Source: the human T2T-CHM13v2.0 reference genome, Homo sapiens
DNA: 64,000 nucleotides
Direction: 5' to 3' (one strand)
Assembly (NCBI RefSeq): GCF_009914755.1
Contig: NC_060932.1
The notes under the pieces were generated by a model, which was given only the letters and a program-made list of their open reading frames with translations, searched no databases and had not been told where the DNA came from. Positions 1-13,779 of this stretch are shown piece by piece (position 1 is the stretch's first letter; each line of letters opens with the position of its first letter). The translations under genes were made by a program, and so were the position numbers.

Positions 1-624
<624 letters not shown>

Positions 625-695
625 GGTAATTGTGGAAAAAAAAATCTTGTTCTTAGACATACAAAGCATGAAGGGAAAAGCAACCTTTAAAAATA

Positions 696-2568
696 CAGGT
701 ATACCTTGGAGATATTGTGGGCACAGTTACAGACCATGCCAATAAAGCAAATGTTGAAATAAAATAAGCCACACCCTTTTTGGGGGTTTTCAGTGCATAT
801 AAAGGATATGTTTACAATATACTGTAGTCGCTTAAGTGTGCAATAGCATTATGTCTAAAAAAAAGTACATATCTTAATTTAAAATACTTTATTATTAAAA
901 TGCTAATAGTCATCTGAGCCTTCAGCGAGTTGTAATCTTTATGCCAATGGAGGGTCTTGCCTGGATGTTGATGGCTACTGAGTGAGGGTGGTGGTTGCTG
1001 AAGGTTGGGGTGGCTGTGTCAGTTTCTTAAAATTAGACAATGATGTTTGTCATACTGATTCACTCTTCCTTTCATGAAAGATTGCAGCACGTGATGCTGT
1101 TTGATGGCATTGTATCCAAAATAAAAGTATTTTGAAAATTGGAGTCAGTCCTCTCAAACTCTGCCACGTTTTGAGTAACTAACTTCACATAACATTCTAA
1201 ATCTGTTTTTGTCATTTCAACAGTATTCACAGCATCTTCACCAGGAAGGAGTAGGTTTCATAAGAAGCAACTCCTCATCCATTAATGTTTGATCATAAAA
1301 TTGCAGCAATTCAATCAGTTACCTCTTTAGGCTCCATTTCTAATTCTAATTCTCTTGCTATTCCCACCATATCTGTAGTTACTGCCTGTGCTGAAGTCTT
1401 GAACTTCTCAAAATTATCCATGAGGGTTGGAGTCAACTTCTTCCAAACTCCTGTTAATGTTGACATGTTGACTTCCTCCTATGAATCATGAATGTTCTTA
1501 AGGTCATGTAGAATCATGAATTCTTCCCAAAAGCATTTTAATTTACTTTGCCCAGATACATCAGAAGAATCACTTTTCTATGGCAGCAATAGTCTTGCGA
1601 AATGTATTTCTTAAATAATAAGATTTGAAAGTCACAATTACTCTTTGATCTGCTGGCTGCAGAATGCATGTTGTGTTAGCAGGCATGTAAACCACATAAA
1701 TCTCTTTGTCCATCTTCTTCAGAGCACTTGTGTTGTCTGGTGCATTGTCCATGAGCAGCAATATTTTGAAAGAAACCATTTTTTTTTTCTAAGCAGTAGG
1801 TGTCAACAGTGGGCTTCAAATATTCAGTAAGCCATGCTATAAACAGAAGTGCTGTCATCTTGGCTTTGTCGTTACATTTCTAGAGCACAAGAGTAGATTT
1901 AGCATAAATCTTAAGGTCCTTAGGATTTCTGGAATAGTAAATGAGCATCAGCTTCAACTTACAGTCACCAGCTTCATTAGCCCCTAATAAGAGAGTTAAG
2001 CCTATCCTAGGAAGCCTTGAAGTCAGGCATTGACTTCTCCTCACTAGCTATGAAAGTCATAGATGGTGTCTTCTTCCAACAGAAGAATTCTAATTCCAAT
2101 TGAAAAACTGTTGTTTAGTATAGCAACTGTTGTTTATACTAACAACAGTTCTATCAATTATCTTAGCTAGGTTTTCTGGATAGCTTGCTGGATCTTCTTC
2201 ATCAGCACTTGCTGCTTCACCTTGAACTTTTAGGATATGGAGATGACTTCTTTCCTTAAGCTTTTTGAACCAAGCTCAGCTAGTTTGCAACCTTTCTTTG
2301 GCAGCTTCCTCACCTCTCTCAGCCTTCATAGAATTGAAGAGAGTTAGGGTGTTTCTCTGGATTAGGCTTTGGTTTAAGGGAATGTTGTGATTGGTTTGCT
2401 CTTCTGTCCATACTTCTACAACTTTCTCCATATCAGCAATAAGGCTGTTTTTCTTTCTTATCATTCATGTGTTCACTGGAGTAGCACTTGTAATTTTCTT
2501 CATGAACTTTTCCTCTGCATCGACAATTTAGCTGTTTAATACAAGAGGCCTAGCTTTCCTACCTCTTG
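696..2568 (-). mobile_element. Tigger1 DNA transposon (pogo/Tc1-mariner), one TIR present, 5' end missing, decayed transposase
   Basis: TA + TIR 'caggtataccttggagatattg' at 694-717; minus ORFs 1570-1779 (LLLMDNAP...[19 protein letters not shown]_1-like) and 2276-2464 (CENP-B-type [25 protein letters not shown]). Confidence 0.95.
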
Positions 2569-5075
2569 GTACAAAAGGCATATTGCATATGAGCTCTTCA
2601 AAATATGAAACGTTTCAATAACATAGTCTATATAATATATGGAGTTTCATATAAACATTGTTTTATTATTAGAAATGTTATTGAACACCTACCACATCAA
2701 AAGTGTCATACATTAACCACAAAATTACACTGAAGTTTATTAATATTCTTCAGCCACTTCCAGATGGATTTGGATGTTGTTTGGAACAAAATAAATATCT
2801 ACTTACAAAATAGCCACATGCAGTATGCAAATTTCCCCCAACTTACTACATTTTTTAGCTTTATGTCTAAAAATGGAGACTTTGATTGGTTGGAGGGAGG
2901 TGAAACCAAGCTTCATCCAAATTAGGATTTCTTAATCAGTGAGTGATGATAATCTGTTTCTGAAACTCACATTGACTTTCAAAAACACAATGATTTTAGG
3001 ACAGTTCTGGCTACAGTTTTCAACAGCAGCCTAAATCTCTGTTGGAGGAATTGAAGATTCTAGCACGGCAAATCCCTGATGATTCTGCCCCCATGTGTGT
3101 AGACCCGGGATGATTGATTTAGGTGAAATTGGCTGGAACAGTTTTGTACCATCCACAGAGAGAAAAAAAAAACAAAAAAACAAAAAACAAAACTCTAGGG
3201 TGTTGATGCACATGATACTTCAAGTTTTATCTTCAAAATCAGAAGTGAAAAATCAACAAAATTGTTAAATGTTTCTCTCAGGCATTCCTTTATAAAAATT
3301 CCAGTTTTGAAAATGGCAGTTTATTTTTTGGCATAGAGACTGTCATTTGAATTTGATGAGCCTTTATTTTTGCCAATAAATTACTCACAGTAAGTTGTAA
3401 GTAGCCTTTCCCTTTCACTTAGAAAGTATGAATCTAGGCAATAGTTTTTAATTTCCCCTTGAATAGCAGAAATTTATTTTTATTTTAAACTAAGGTTATG
3501 GTTCAGAATAAGTCAAATCAAAAGAGTTGAAACGTGATTAAATTATCCTTATAGTCAAGGAAGTACTAAACCAGATTATTCAAATTCCTGCAATGTCATT
3601 TTATTACCAAATATATTTTCTTACCTGCATAAATTTATATACAAGCCACTTCTGACTAAAAATACTTTGATCAATCCCAAATAAAGAGAAACAAAACAGG
3701 TTTATAGTTCTCTTATCAAGTATCTACATTTTCCTAGCAGCAATCATTTTGAGATAGCAACCAATGAATCTAGATAACTCTTAAGCTTTTGATTGCATGC
3801 ATGCATAGCTTTCACAGTTTTCCATACCACTAAATCACAATCTTCTTGAGGTAGATATAATGTTTATTTTTTATTTGCCACTGTCCTTAAAGTCATTTTA
3901 CCACATTAGTATTTATTATTAAGATACTAATTAATTTAAATAGTTTAAATTTAGTTAAATTTTGCAAAGGTAGAAAAATATCAGATATTTTAGTTGTAAG
4001 CCTGAAAAAAAATACTGCATGGGGCTATTGAATTAAGTATGTCATTGACAAAATTATCTCGTATGTGAGGGCAGCATCTTTTCTAGAAAGCCATATCTCA
4101 TCTCACCTTAGGCTAGTCTCAAAAACTGTAGTGCAGTAATCTACTAACTTAACTTTTTTTCAGTAAAATGAAAATTCATTGAGAGTATAAATTGATTGCT
4201 TACTCATTTCTGGAATCCTTTATATAGAAAGTGTCTACTAAATGTCTGTTAAATAATTCAATATGAAATAAATCAATATGAAAATGTTTCATACTGTAGT
4301 ACAGCAGTTGTAAAGTGAGAAGCTATTTAAATATGCAAGATGAGTAAAAATATATTAAGCCAGGTATACAAATTAGAAATGCTGGCGTAAATTGGGCTCT
4401 CTTGGCTTCAAGAACTTAACAAGGTCTTATGACTTTAAAAGTGGAATGTAGAACAAAGGTGCTTGGGGTGTCCATAGAGGCACATTGTGGATGTGGCAAT
4501 GGGCAGGTAGGTCCAACAATACATAGATTGAATTTTAACTAAAGTAGTGAGAAAAAGGTTTTATAGTCTGATGTAATGCGATTTTTTAAAATAATGTGAT
4601 CCTTTCTGGATATTAGCGTTTGGGAAGTAAATGTCATATGTGCTACATTTTTAAAGCAAAAGTCCTTTGCTATTTCTCAACTCTGGCATCCTAGAAAAAC
4701 ATATAAATCCGCTCAACTATGCCAATATTAATTGCCTTTGGAGATCTTAAGTCTTGTCGCTTAGTCTTAGTCTTTTGGCACTAAAGCCTGGATAGTTTCA
4801 GAAATGTGACAACTGTCCTCTCTAAGCCTGTATTTTCTTTCACATAAATCGAAGGATTTGAATCTAATGAACTCCAGTACTTTCTATTTGCATTATCCTA
4901 TGATGCTTTGGTAGAGAAGACATAGTAAGTGAACATGCAGAGCCATCAGAGTGAAACAATTCCTTATTAAAAACATAAAATAGCTTGTCAATTGCAACTA
5001 ACTTTCAGTGAAAAAAGAATGCTCCCAAATTATAACAAGGAATCATAGGGGTTAATGTCACATTTAACTAATCTC

Positions 5076-8000
5076 TTTTTTTCTTCAAATTTATTTTAAT
5101 TTTTTATTCACATTTATTTTATTTTTATTTTTCATTGTGGCAAAATATACATAACATAAAATTTACCGTTTCAACTATTTTTAATACAGTGAAGTGGCAT
5201 TAATTACATTGACATTATTGAGCATCGATCACCATCTGTCTTCAGAACCTTTTTATCTTCCCCAACTAAAACTCTGTACCTATTAAATATTAAACCCCAT
5301 TTCACCCTTCTATCATTCCCTGTCAATGTCATTCTACATTTTATGTTTATTAATTGAAATATTCTAAAAACCTAGTATAATTGCAATCATTCTATATTTA
5401 ACCCTTGACGACTGGCTTATATCATTTAGCATGTCTTCAAGACTCATTCACATTATACCACATACCACATTTATTCCCTTTTAAAGGCTAAATAGTATTC
5501 CATTTTATGTATATAGTACATTTTGTTTATGCATTTATCTGTTGATGGAAATTGCTTCTACTTTTTAGCTATTATGACTAATGCTGCTCTAAAAATGGAT
5601 GTACAAATATTTGATTCCCTGCTTTCACTTTTTTTAGGTATATATGCAGAGGTGAGATTGCTGAATCATATGATAATTTCATGTTTGCTTTTTAAATATA
5701 GTATGGAATTATCATACTGTTTCCAGCAGCAACTTCACAGTCCTACCAGAAATACCAATTTTTTCCACATTCTGACCAACACTTGTTATTTTCTGGTTTT
5801 GTCTTTTTGTTTGTTTGTTTTTAATAGCAGCAATGTTAGTGGGCATGAAGTGGTATCTCATTGTGGTTTTGATTTGCATTTCACTAATGACTAGTGATGT
5901 TGAACATATTTTCATGTATTTTTTGGTCATTTGTGTATCTTCTTCAGAAAAAATATGTCTTTTGCCATTTTTTGGTTTATTGTTGCCATTTTTGAGTTTT
6001 AGGAATTCTTTTATATAATCTGGGAATAAACCCCTTATCAGATATGTTATTTTCCCACATTTTCTCATATTCCCTGGACCGTCATTTTACTGTTAATAGT
6101 GTCCTTTAATGAATAAAAGTTTTTAATCTTAAGTCCAACCTATCTATTTTTTAATTTATTTTTTGGCTGCAATTTTTTGTTAAGTCTAATAAATCGTGGA
6201 CAAATTCAATATCATGATTTTCCATATATTCCTTCCTAAGAGATTAACAGTTTTAGCCCTTATGCTTAGATTTTTCATCCATTTTGAATCAGTATTTGTG
6301 TATGGCATAAGGTATGAGTCCAAGTTTATTTCTTCTTCTTTTTTTTTTTTTTTTAAGGAAGGATTTTCCTCTTGTTGCCCAGGCTGGAGTTCAGTGCCAT
6401 TCAATGCCATGTTCTCAGCTCACTGCAACCTCCGCCTCCTCAGTTCAAGTGATTCTCCTGCTTCAGCCTCCTAAGTAGCTGGGATTACAGGAAGCCACCA
6501 CCATGCCTGGCTTTTTGCATTTTTAGTAGAGATGGGGTTTCACCATGTTAGCCAGGCTGGTCTCGAACTCCTGACCTCAGATGATCTGCCAGCCTTGGCC
6601 TCCCAAAGTGCTGGGATTACCTTTTGCATGTGGATATCAATTTTTACCAACATCGTTTGTTGAAAAGATTGTCATTGCCTTATTGAATGGTCTTAGCACC
6701 CTTGTCAAAAATCATTTAACTATGCATGTGAGGATTTATATTGGGGCTCTGTATTCCCTAGACCTATATTTCCACCTTTATGCCAGTACCACACTGTCTT
6801 GATTTTGATTACTGCGGGTTTGTAGTAAGTTTTGAAATTATGAAGGGTAAGATCTCCAAGTTTATGCTTCTTTTTAACGATTGTTTTTGGGAATTCTGAG
6901 TCATCTGAGATTCCCATATAAATTTTATAATAAACTTTTCTATTTCATCAAAAGTCTTAATTGAAGTTTTTATGGGGATTGTGTTGAATCTGTAGATTTC
7001 TTTGGATAGTAAGACTAGTATTGGCAATATTGTCTTTCAATTTATGAAGAATTTATGAACATTGTCTTTAATATCTTTCAGGAACATTTTGTAGCTTTCA
7101 GTATACAAGTCTTTTGCCTCTTGGTTAAGTTTATTCTTAAATATTGTATGCTTTTCAATGCTACTCTAAGTGGAACTGTTTTCTTAATTTCCTTGCTCCC
7201 TTAATTGTTAGTCTAGAGAAATGCCATTGATTTTTACATTTTGATTTTGAATCCTACAATGTTGCTCAATTCATGTATTAGTTTTAGAATTTTTTTGCTT
7301 GCAGAGTACTTAAAATTTTCTATATATAAAATCAACTGTGAACAGAGATAGTTTTACTTCTTTCTTTCCAGTTAGATACCATTTCTTTTTTTGTTTGTTT
7401 CTCTCCTCTATTTGCTTTGGGTAAGGCTTGTAGTACTATGTTGAATAGAAATGGCAAACTATGTCATCTTTGTCTTGTTTCTAAAAATAGAAGAAAAGCT
7501 TTCAGTCTTCCACCTTTTAGTATAATGTTGGCTATGAGCTTTGCATATATGGCCTTTATTAGGTTGAAATTGTGTCCCTTTATTCCAAATTTGTTGATTT
7601 TTTTTTTACCATGAAAATGTGTTGATTTCTGTTAAATGCTTTTCTGCATCAACAGACATGATTATATGTTTTCCCGCCAACCCTGTATTCTGTTAATGGA
7701 TATCCTGCATTGAATGATTTCCATACGCTGAAGCATCCATGCATTCTGGAACTAAATCCCACTTGGTCATTGTGTATAACACTTTAAAAGTGATGTTGAA
7801 TTTGGTTTGGTATTATTTTCTTGAACCTATTTAGGTTAACATTTATAAGGACTATTGAATTGTAGTTTTCTTCCACTGTCTTTGTCTGGCTTTGGTATCA
7901 TGAGAATGCTGATGTCATAGAATATGTTTGTGAGTATTCCCCATCATGAATTTTTTGGAAGTGTCTGTAAAGAATTGGTTTTAATTTTATTTAAATATAT

Positions 8001-8190
8001 ACTAGAATTCACTAATGAAGCCGTCTGGTCCTGGGCTTTTATTTTTTTCAGAAGCTTTTGGTTACTGATTTAATCTCTTTATTAGTTAGAGGGTTAATCT
8101 CATTTTATATATTTCTTCATAATTTAGTCTTGGTAGGCTGTGTGTTCTAGGAACTTGATCATTTCATCTAGATTATCTAATTTGTGCATA
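5076..8190 (-). mobile_element. L1MB-type LINE (about L1MB3), 3' end plus ORF2 part, interrupted by Alu
   Basis: T-rich tail, then 'ttgtggcaaaatatacataacataaaatttacc'; minus-strand ORF2 remnants (5712-6068, 6809-7027). Confidence 0.9.
6332..6620 (-). mobile_element. AluS (Sq/Sp-like), lacking the first ~24 nt
   Basis: poly-T, 'cttgttgcccaggctggagt', ends 'tcccaaagtgctgggattac'; L1 then resumes 'cttttgcatgtggatatc'. Confidence 0.95.
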
Positions 8191-8199
8191 GGACTCCCT

Positions 8200-8586
8200 T
8201 AATTTTTTTATTTTGAAAAAAATTTTAAGCCACATAAATTCAAAAAAGTAATATATTTTTACCTGAATGCTTTAAATGTTGATATTTTGCAATGTTTGCT
8301 TTCTTTTTGTCTTACTGTATTCTTTTTGAATCTTTTACAAAGTAAAATGCAAATATTATATTACTTATTTTTAAATACATTATCAGTTATCTACTTAGTA
8401 TCACATTTTGTACATAATCAGAATATTAATGATGCTTTTAAGACATTTAAAACAGATATCATAATATTACCAAAATATACATCATGTTCAGATTGTAACT
8501 GAGAGCCATCAAGGATGCATGTTGTATTTAATTTTTTTTTTTGTATTTGAGTTTCCTCTTTCCTAGAGCTGTGCCCCTGTTTTTTT

Positions 8587-8634
<48 letters not shown>

Positions 8635-9045
8635 ATTTATGTGAGTGTGTGGTGTTTAACTTATTAATATTTTTCAATAAACCAGGCTAGTTTTCTTGCA
8701 GGATGTCCCAGTCCTGGACTTGCCAAGTGGTTCCCTTATGTTTAGATTTGGGAAAATATTTTGATAAATTCTATATAGTTTATATTGTGTATTAATCATT
8801 GAAATATATCAAGAACTATATAATGTCAGTTTCTTCCAGTGTTGTAATGCTATTGTCCAGAATTTGATAAAGGTGGTATATATCATACAGGTACATTTGA
8901 CTTATGTATATATCATACATAGTTTTTAGATAATTTTAGACCTTTTTTCTACCTCCAACAAACTTTCACTCTGGTTTTAGTATACATTGTTGATTGTTAC
9001 CATCATCAATTGTTACAACAGTGATTGCAAAATTCATCTGATTTT
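8200..9045 (-). mobile_element. Old L1M (L1MC/ME-like) 3' UTR relic
   Basis: 'ccaggctagttttcttgcaggatgtcccagtcctggacttgcc...ttagattt' resembles the L1MC/ME 3' UTR; highly diverged. Confidence 0.45.
8580..8634. repeat. Compound microsatellite T29-(GT)13
   Basis: Read directly from sequence. Confidence 0.97.
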
Positions 9046-9050
9046 AATTG

Positions 9051-9368
9051 TGCTATATTCTGAACATTTGTGGCTCCCCACTGCTAAAACTCAGAACCCC
9101 CAAAAAGATGGTGTCAAGAGACAGGACCTTTGGAAAGCGATCAGGTCCCTTATAAAAGAGGCTTGAGAGAGACTGTTTGCACTGATGCCATGTAAAGATA
9201 CAGAGAAGGTGCCATTGATTATGAATGGGCCCCTTGCCAGACACCTAACCTGTTGGTGCCCTAATATTAGATTTTCTTGCCTCCAGAAAATGAGCAACAC
9301 ATTTCTATTGTTTGTAAGTTACCCACTCTTGAGTTGTTTTGTTGTAGTAGCCCTAACAGACCAAGACA
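9051..9368 (+). mobile_element. MLT1A/MLT1A0 solo LTR (ERVL-MaLR)
   Basis: TG...CA termini ('tgctatattctgaa'...'gaccaagaca'); perfect 5-bp TSD AATTG at 9046-9050 and 9369-9373. Confidence 0.9.
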
Positions 9369-9674
9369 AATTGCTATTTTTATAGTTTGGAAAATGTAAT
9401 GAAACAAGTTAACGTGTAATCTTATAATATTAAAAAAAAATACTCAAAGTGTGGATATCTAAAAGAAAATGAAAATAGATGTCTAAACTTGGGAATACCT
9501 TGAATCAACATTGAAAGATACACAAATGAGTGCTTTTGCTTTTCATATTGTCTGTATTACAATTTAAAAAAATCATGGTAATTATTTTTCACAGTTGGTG
9601 TAAAAGACCTTATTAAAATATTTTTATTTTAATGCCTGATTATGGTATGTCACTGTAAGTATGCTTGTTAAAAA

Positions 9675-9900
9675 TCATTCCTGTATTCAATCATTAATTA
9701 ATCTAAACAAACAACATTTATTATGTGGCTATTTGTCTTGGACCAAACAAAGTGTTGGTGGTAGAGAGAAAAAAGACACTATTCACGCTCTTTGGAAAAT
9801 TGCAACTTGATTGAAAAACAGATGACTGTAATTATAGCATGAAGAATGGCACACCATAATCAATAAGTTATAAAAGAAGTGATTTCCTGAGCATGAGTTT
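9675..9900 (-). mobile_element. L2 3'-end relic
   Basis: 'tcattc...caacatttattatgtggctatt...' resembles the L2 tail in reverse. Confidence 0.45.
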
Positions 9901-10483
9901 TGAATATATTTTTGATGTAATCAATCTCAAATAATGTATGATTTCATAAACTTAATCTTATTAGAATAAACTTGATAATATAAGCTTAATGATAGACAAA
10001 TTGATGTTCTAAGTACAGATTCTTTTTATTCTTTTATTTAATGGAGTGAAAACTCAATGAGAGCATATGTAGAAATTCTGAGGTCTTGGTTCCCTACCTA
10101 CTGTTATTAGTTTCCTGTTTCAAAATTATACAAAAATTTAGCTTTTTTCAATTTTACAAGTTAAACTGCTTTTTTCTCACTGTTTTAAAATAATATTATT
10201 TTGAGAAAAACTAATAATCAAGGACTCTGTTATCCTCAAATAATAATTATTATGATTTTTGCCTGAAACTATTTGCATCTATTTTTATATACGTATTTAG
10301 CACCTAGGATTATAGTACCCATATTCTTTCAAAAACGTACACTGAACTAAATTCCAGCACATTAGCTGGAGGTAAAAAAATATGTGTAACCTTCATGCTA
10401 TAAATTTTGAGTCTGCTGTCTATTCTGCAGGCTTTCATTCCTGGTTGTGAATAAAACTGGTTTTCTTGTACAATGAAAGCATC

Positions 10484-10872
10484 TGATTATCATTAGGCTT
10501 TGTGTCCCAAGCCAAATCTCATCTCAAATTATAATTTCCATAATTCCCATAATCCCCACGTGTCAAGGGAGAGGCCAGGTGGAGGTGATTGAATTATGGG
10601 GGTGGTTTCCCCCATGCTGTTCTCGTGGTAGTGAGTGAGTTCTCATGAGATCTGATGGTTTTACAGGGGGCTCTGCATGCTTTGCTGGGCACTTCTTTCT
10701 CCTGCCACCTTGTGAAGAAGGTGCCTTGCTTTCCCTTTGCCTTCTGCCATGATTATAAGTTTCCTGAGGCTTCCCCAGCCCTGCAGAGCTGTGAGTCAAT
10801 TAAGCCTCTTTCCTTTATAAATTACCCAGTCTCAGGCAGTTCTTTATGGCATTATGAAAACAGACTAATAAA
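10484..10872 (+). mobile_element. THE1D-like solo LTR (MaLR)
   Basis: 'ccaaatctcatctc', 'gagatctgatggtttt', 'ataaattacccagtctcagg'; TSD gcatc/gtatc. Confidence 0.92.
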
Positions 10873-10877
10873 GTATC

Positions 10878-10949
10878 CCTGATTTGTTGTGGTTTGACTT
10901 TATGATAGGTTTATTGGGTGTAACACCACTGTAAGTCAGGGAGCATCTG
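10878..10949. mobile_element. Tigger4 (Zombi) terminal fragment or mini-derivative
   Basis: 'gataggtttattgggtgtaacaccactgtaagtcagggagcatctg' + TA matches the Tigger4 terminus as recalled. Confidence 0.7.
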
Positions 10950-11283
10950 TAGCTCAATGTGACCTGAAGACTAACTTTCTGGCCTCTTTGATTTTTCTCT
11001 GGAATTTTCTGAACAAGAATGATGCTATGGTTATGTAAAGAAGGTGACCATCAACATAGTGGTTTGCAAAGATTTGTAACTCTGCAACGTGCATTTTTAT
11101 TCTCTAGTTTCCCTACATTTTGCATTACCACTGAAAGTTTCTATTAAGGTATGCATGCATATATGTATGTATAAGTGCATATATAAATATATAATTAAAA
11201 TAAAATTTATGTTTTCATACAGATTTTGCATAAAGTATAAATTTGTATTTATATAAACACATATAAAATGTACATACATATGC

Positions 11284-11630
11284 CATCGTGTACTACATAA
11301 CAATATTTGGGTTAACAATAGACCATATATATTATGGTATTCCCATGAAATAATAATGTTATATTTTTACTTTATCTTTTCTATGTTTTGCTATGTTTAG
11401 ATGAACAAATACTTACTATTTTGTTATAATTGCCTACAGTATTCAGTACAATAACATATTACACAGGTTTGTAGCCTAGGAGCAATAGTCTACACAAGAC
11501 AGTCTAGGTATGTAGTAGGTTATACCATTTGGCCTTGTGTAAGTACATTATATGATGTCTGCATAATGACAAAATCACCAAACAATGCATTTCTCAGAAT
11601 ATATCCCTATTATTAAGTGATGCATGACTG
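11284..11630 (-). mobile_element. Tigger3a (Golem-derived MITE)
   Basis: 'caggtttgtagcctaggagcaatag'; TIR 'ttaagtgatgcatgactg' followed by TA; about 350 bp. Confidence 0.9.
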
Positions 11631-11814
11631 TATTTACTTTCTTTCTTTCTCAGGAAGCTTCAAAGCAAGCTGTTGCCATCCACTAATACCATTAAAAAAT
11701 TTAAATTAATTAGCTAGTCAGCTATTAATGTCTCAAGGGCACATAGCATAGCTAGTTTGACAGTGGTTAAAGGTTAAAAGTACTTCAATCATTATCTGTA
11801 CTCTGCATTATAAA

Positions 11815-11969
11815 GGTGGTAATAGCCTGATATGAGACAGTTTAAGACCTGGAGGAGCTATTGGCTTTGGACAAGCTCCTTAACGTCCCTGGATTTTAGC
11901 TTCTGTAAAAAATAATACTACCTGGAGGTTTCTGGATACAATTAAATGTGATAATGCATGTTTAATGCT
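11815..11969 (+). mobile_element. MIR relic
   Basis: 'ctttggacaagctccttaac...ctgtaaaa...attaaatgtgataatgcatgt' MIR core. Confidence 0.65.
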
Positions 11970-12322
11970 TGTGTTAGTCTGTTTTCACACTGCTATAAAG
12001 AACTACCTGAGACTGGGAAATTTATAAAGAAAAAAGGTTTAATCAACTGACAGTTCTGCATGGCTGGGGAGGCCTCAGGAAACTTATAATCATGGCAAGA
12101 GGCAAACACCTACTTCATGAGGCAGCAGGGGAGAGAGAGTGAGGAGGCAGGAGTGCCACAATTTTAAACCATCAGATCTCATGAGAACTCACTATCATGA
12201 GAATAGCATGGGGAAAAACTACCCCCATGATCAAATCACCTCCCACCAGGTCCCTCCCCTGACATGTAGAGATTACAATTTGAGATAAGATTTGGGTGGG
12301 GACACAGAGCCAAATCACATTA
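11970..12322 (-). mobile_element. MSTA/THE1D-type solo LTR (MaLR)
   Basis: 'tgtgttagtctgttttcacactgctataaagaactacctgagactggg'...'gatttgggtggggacacagagccaaa'; TSD atgct/atgtt. Confidence 0.92.
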
Positions 12323-12419
12323 ATGTTCTTTATCGTTGTATTTATTCTAACTCCCACACCTTCTCAGTATTTCCCATCCTCCCTCTCAATACTTAGAGTT
12401 CCAACTATAATAAAATTCT

Positions 12420-12795
12420 TGCAGATATATTCATACCAGTTCAGAGTTTTGGGACTTTATACATGCTAGTCTTTTTATTGGAATGTCTTTTCTTCTAAAT
12501 CATCTGCAAAATTTTTATTCCATTTTCAAGTTTTAAATCCCTTGGGAAGCATTCTCAGGCTGATTCTAGGTAGAGTTGACTACTCTCACCCATGTGTCTT
12601 CAAAATCCGCTATATATCCTTAACATAGCCCTAAGCCACTGGGTATGCAAAGAATTTTTGTGCATCTGATTCCCGTTCTCTCTTTTGAGAGAGCATAGAT
12701 CATATTTATATAGCTGATATCTGTGATGCTCTGCATAAAATAGTGGTTGCTGGATAGCAACTATTCAAATAATGTTTATAAATTATTTATAAATG
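12420..12795 (+). mobile_element. L2 3'-end relic
   Basis: 'ggaatgtctttt...gggaagcattctc...' leading to an L2-like tail. Confidence 0.55.
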
Positions 12796-13779
12796 TTTCA
12801 ATATATTAGACCATGCACATAGATGGAAGGCCAAAAAAAAGTGATGTAACGAGGAAAGGTGCTTAAGGCACAGGAATTACATATGAAGAACAAGGAGCCT
12901 TGGCATAGAAAGTATTATAAAGAGAAATTTCATGTCCTATATAAACCTTGCCTATTGCAGAAATGACATTTAGACGTGTCTCGTTTCTGTTTAGATAAGA
13001 CATAGGTTATAAAAATTCACTTTAGACTTAGTAGAATTCTGCTCAGTGTAGATTTCTTGTTTACAATAGAAACAGTGGAGGCAGGCATGTCTCCAGTTAT
13101 CTAAGCACTCCTGCATCTCAAAGGTCTGAAGGGATTTAAAATGTACATTTATTTTTGGTTGAAAAGAATTCACAGACTTTTGTATGCCAAAAGTTCACCT
13201 AATTATGTCAAAAATAGTTTGCAAATGCACACATATCTTTTGTCTTCCTCTATAAAACATAATGAAATAGTCGCAATTTACTTGTAAAGGCTGGCTGTAA
13301 AATGAATGATTTTGGTAATTTAGGGAGAATGCAAATCATCAGTACACAATTCATAGCTTGAATATTCTGGACTGTTTGATGACAGAAAACCAGCTCTTCT
13401 GATTCTTAGATGTGCGATTACAGGGCAGCTTGAGTCCCAAAACTCCTTGTAGCCTAAGATGTACTCCTACTGAGTGAGCTGTGTCATTGCATCTCTTAAG
13501 AAATTTTATTCTTGATCACAATTTAAGTCAGTGCATTATTAATTTTGTTGGCAACTTGATTTGGATATGTCATTGTGGCATTCTTTTTAAGATTCTCTGT
13601 AACATTTGCATGAAGGGAGCTAAATGGGCGATGAGAAATACATCTTGAGCAATCACTCAAGAGGCAGTCCTGTTAAATGACTTTCTTGAGTGTTCTCCAA
13701 TGACTCATGCCATTTTCAGTCATTGAAAGTTATTTTTTAAATTGATTTATCATTTCCACCAACTATTATTGCTATCTCC

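Noticed and set aside
1570-2464. TIGD1-like domesticated transposase
   Set aside because: The reading frame is split by frameshifts and stops and the 5' end is missing; it is a decayed Tigger1 copy
13329-13336. Octamer ATGCAAAT motifs (several in the window)
   Set aside because: Expected by chance at this AT content; no supporting clustering
13653-13692. 9-bp inverted repeat cactcaaga/tcttgagtg
   Set aside because: Short enough to arise by chance in 64 kb
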